Below, piece by piece: positions 62,867 to 64,000 of a stretch of DNA of 64,000 nt (the stretch's first letter is position 1; each line of letters starts with the position of its first letter). This DNA is from Nitrospiraceae bacterium. GTDB taxonomy: Bacteria > Nitrospirota > Nitrospiria > Nitrospirales > Nitrospiraceae. The position numbers and the translations under genes were made by a program. Below the pieces are notes generated by a model. The model worked only from the letters and a program-made list of their open reading frames with translations, searched no databases and was not told the DNA's origin. The DNA lies in assembly GCA_050246315.1 (NCBI GenBank), contig JBFWWG010000001.1, forward strand, positions 416,001 through 480,000, read 5' to 3'.

Positions 62867-63610
62867 TTACGAAGACGACGTCGTCGATACGCGAGTTCGC
62901 ACCTTGTCCATGTTGCGGAGGATTGTCCGCTGGCGGGCCGCCACGTGGCGGGTGATCCGGAGCGGGTCATAGCGGCGCGGAGACGGGAGGATTGCGGCCA
63001 AGGTGGCGGCTTCTTCCTCCGTCAATTCTAGCGCGCTCTTGTGAAAATGATGCTGAGCCGCCGCTTCGGCTCCGTACACCCCCCGGCCCCATTCCGCGAC
63101 ATTGAGGTAGAGCTCCAGGATTCGACGTTTTGACAGATGATGCTCCAGACTCCGGGTAATGAGCGCCTCGCGAGCCTTGCGGAGGAGAGACCGTTCCGAT
63201 GAAAGGTAAAGATTTTTGGCGAGCTGCTGGGTGATGGTGCTGCCGCCATGGACGACCTTTCCGGCCTCGAGATTCTTGATCGCCGCCTCCCTGACGCCCT
63301 CCCAATCGAACCCTTCGTGAGAGAAGAACTGGGCGTCCTCCGCGGCAATGACCGCGCGCTGAAGATGCGTCGAGATGCGGGCCAGGGGCACCCAGGTCCA
63401 GCGTGGGACCGAGTGTTGCCCGGCCGCTCTGGCCTGCGCCGACCGCGCATCCATCAGTGCCGTGGTATGGGGATTCGCCGTCCTCAAGGCCGTCACATCG
63501 GGAATCGTGATCAGCCAGTAGAAGCCGACCAGGGTGGTCGCGATCAGCGCCGCCAGCGCCGCCGTGCCGAGGAGGCGACCGGTCGACCATCTTCCCGTTG
63601 ACTTCGCCAT
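62867..63610 (-). CDS. mtgA: Monofunctional peptidoglycan transglycosylase
   Basis: AAEDAQF, GGSTITQQLAKNL, RKAREA, LELYLNVAEWG. Confidence 0.93.
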   Translation of the reverse strand: MAKSTGRWSTGRLLGTAALAALIATTLVGFYWLITIPDVTALRTANPHTTALMDARSAQARAAGQHSVPRWTWVPLARISTHLQRAVIAAEDAQFFSHEGFDWEGVREAAIKNLEAGKVVHGGSTITQQLAKNLYLSSERSLLRKAREALITRSLEHHLSKRRILELYLNVAEWGRGVYGAEAAAQHHFHKSALELTEEEAATLAAILPSPRRYDPLRITRHVAARQRTILRNMDKVRTRVSTTSSS

Positions 63611-63650
63611 GCCCGGATGTTACGGGGTGAAGAGCTGGGAGAAGGATCTC

Positions 63651-64000
63651 ATGCGCATCGTCGGGGCAGAGTTTACCAGAAGTTGTGTCGCGGTCGAACA
63701 ATTTCCCGCGGATCAGGGCGTCGAGTTTGCGATCGTCGGCCGGTCCAATGTCGGGAAATCCTCGCTGATTAATCGCCTGGTCCAACAGAAACGACTGGCC
63801 CACGTCAGCCGAACGCCGGGGAAGACCCAGGCGGTGAACTTCTTCGACCTGCAGACCACCGATCGGGCGTTCTCACCATTCCGCATGGTCGACCTCCCCG
63901 GATACGGCTATGCTCGAGTATCGAAGGCACTGCGCGCTCAGTGGGGGCCGCTGATCCATCGGTATCTACACGAACGCCGGTCGCTGGCCTGCCTCCTGTT
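63651..64000 (+). CDS. engB: Ribosome biogenesis GTPase YihA/EngB (partial)
   Basis: Not in the ORF track. Reads MRIVGAEFTRS...EFAIVGRSNVGKSSLIN...SRTPGKTQ...VDLPGYGYA. Confidence 0.93.
   Translation, partial: MRIVGAEFTRSCVAVEQFPADQGVEFAIVGRSNVGKSSLINRLVQQKRLAHVSRTPGKTQAVNFFDLQTTDRAFSPFRMVDLPGYGYARVSKALRAQWGPLIHRYLHERRSLACLL

Noticed and set aside
1..64000. CRISPR arrays, rRNA, tRNA, prophage or defence systems
   Set aside because: None recognised by eye: no spaced direct-repeat array, cloverleaf or phage/defence gene. Dedicated scans were not run.

Overview
GC-rich bacterial chromosome segment; gene content and intergenic repeats suggest a Nitrospira-like organism (inference). It starts at the replication origin: partial dnaA, a DnaA-box cluster with a Bacillus-like unwinding module, then dsrE/F/H(tusDCB)-like genes and hisS. 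Most of the window is housekeeping (thyX-like, ettA, tldD/pmbA, leuCD, xth, murJ, ogt, dtd, mtgA, partial engB). Two regions stand out. (1) An inorganic-carbon uptake locus at 7.8-16.2 kb: NuoL-like DabB, a NuoM-like subunit, DabA (DUF2309), a P-II protein, a divergent DUF2294/MpsC gene and a decayed beta-carbonic anhydrase. Its ~540-nt leader holds a promoter and mutually exclusive antiterminator/terminator hairpins, the best candidate here for an undescribed regulatory system. (2) A nested mobile-element pile-up at 31.3-35.0 kb: an IS481 carrying a 98-bp IS5-type MITE, an IS256 and an IS630, with an identical MITE copy sitting on the dabB stop codon. Pseudogenes and remnants include HigA, a methyltransferase, IS5 and ISL3. 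All calls come from reading the sequence and recalling motifs; no searches or folding programs were run.
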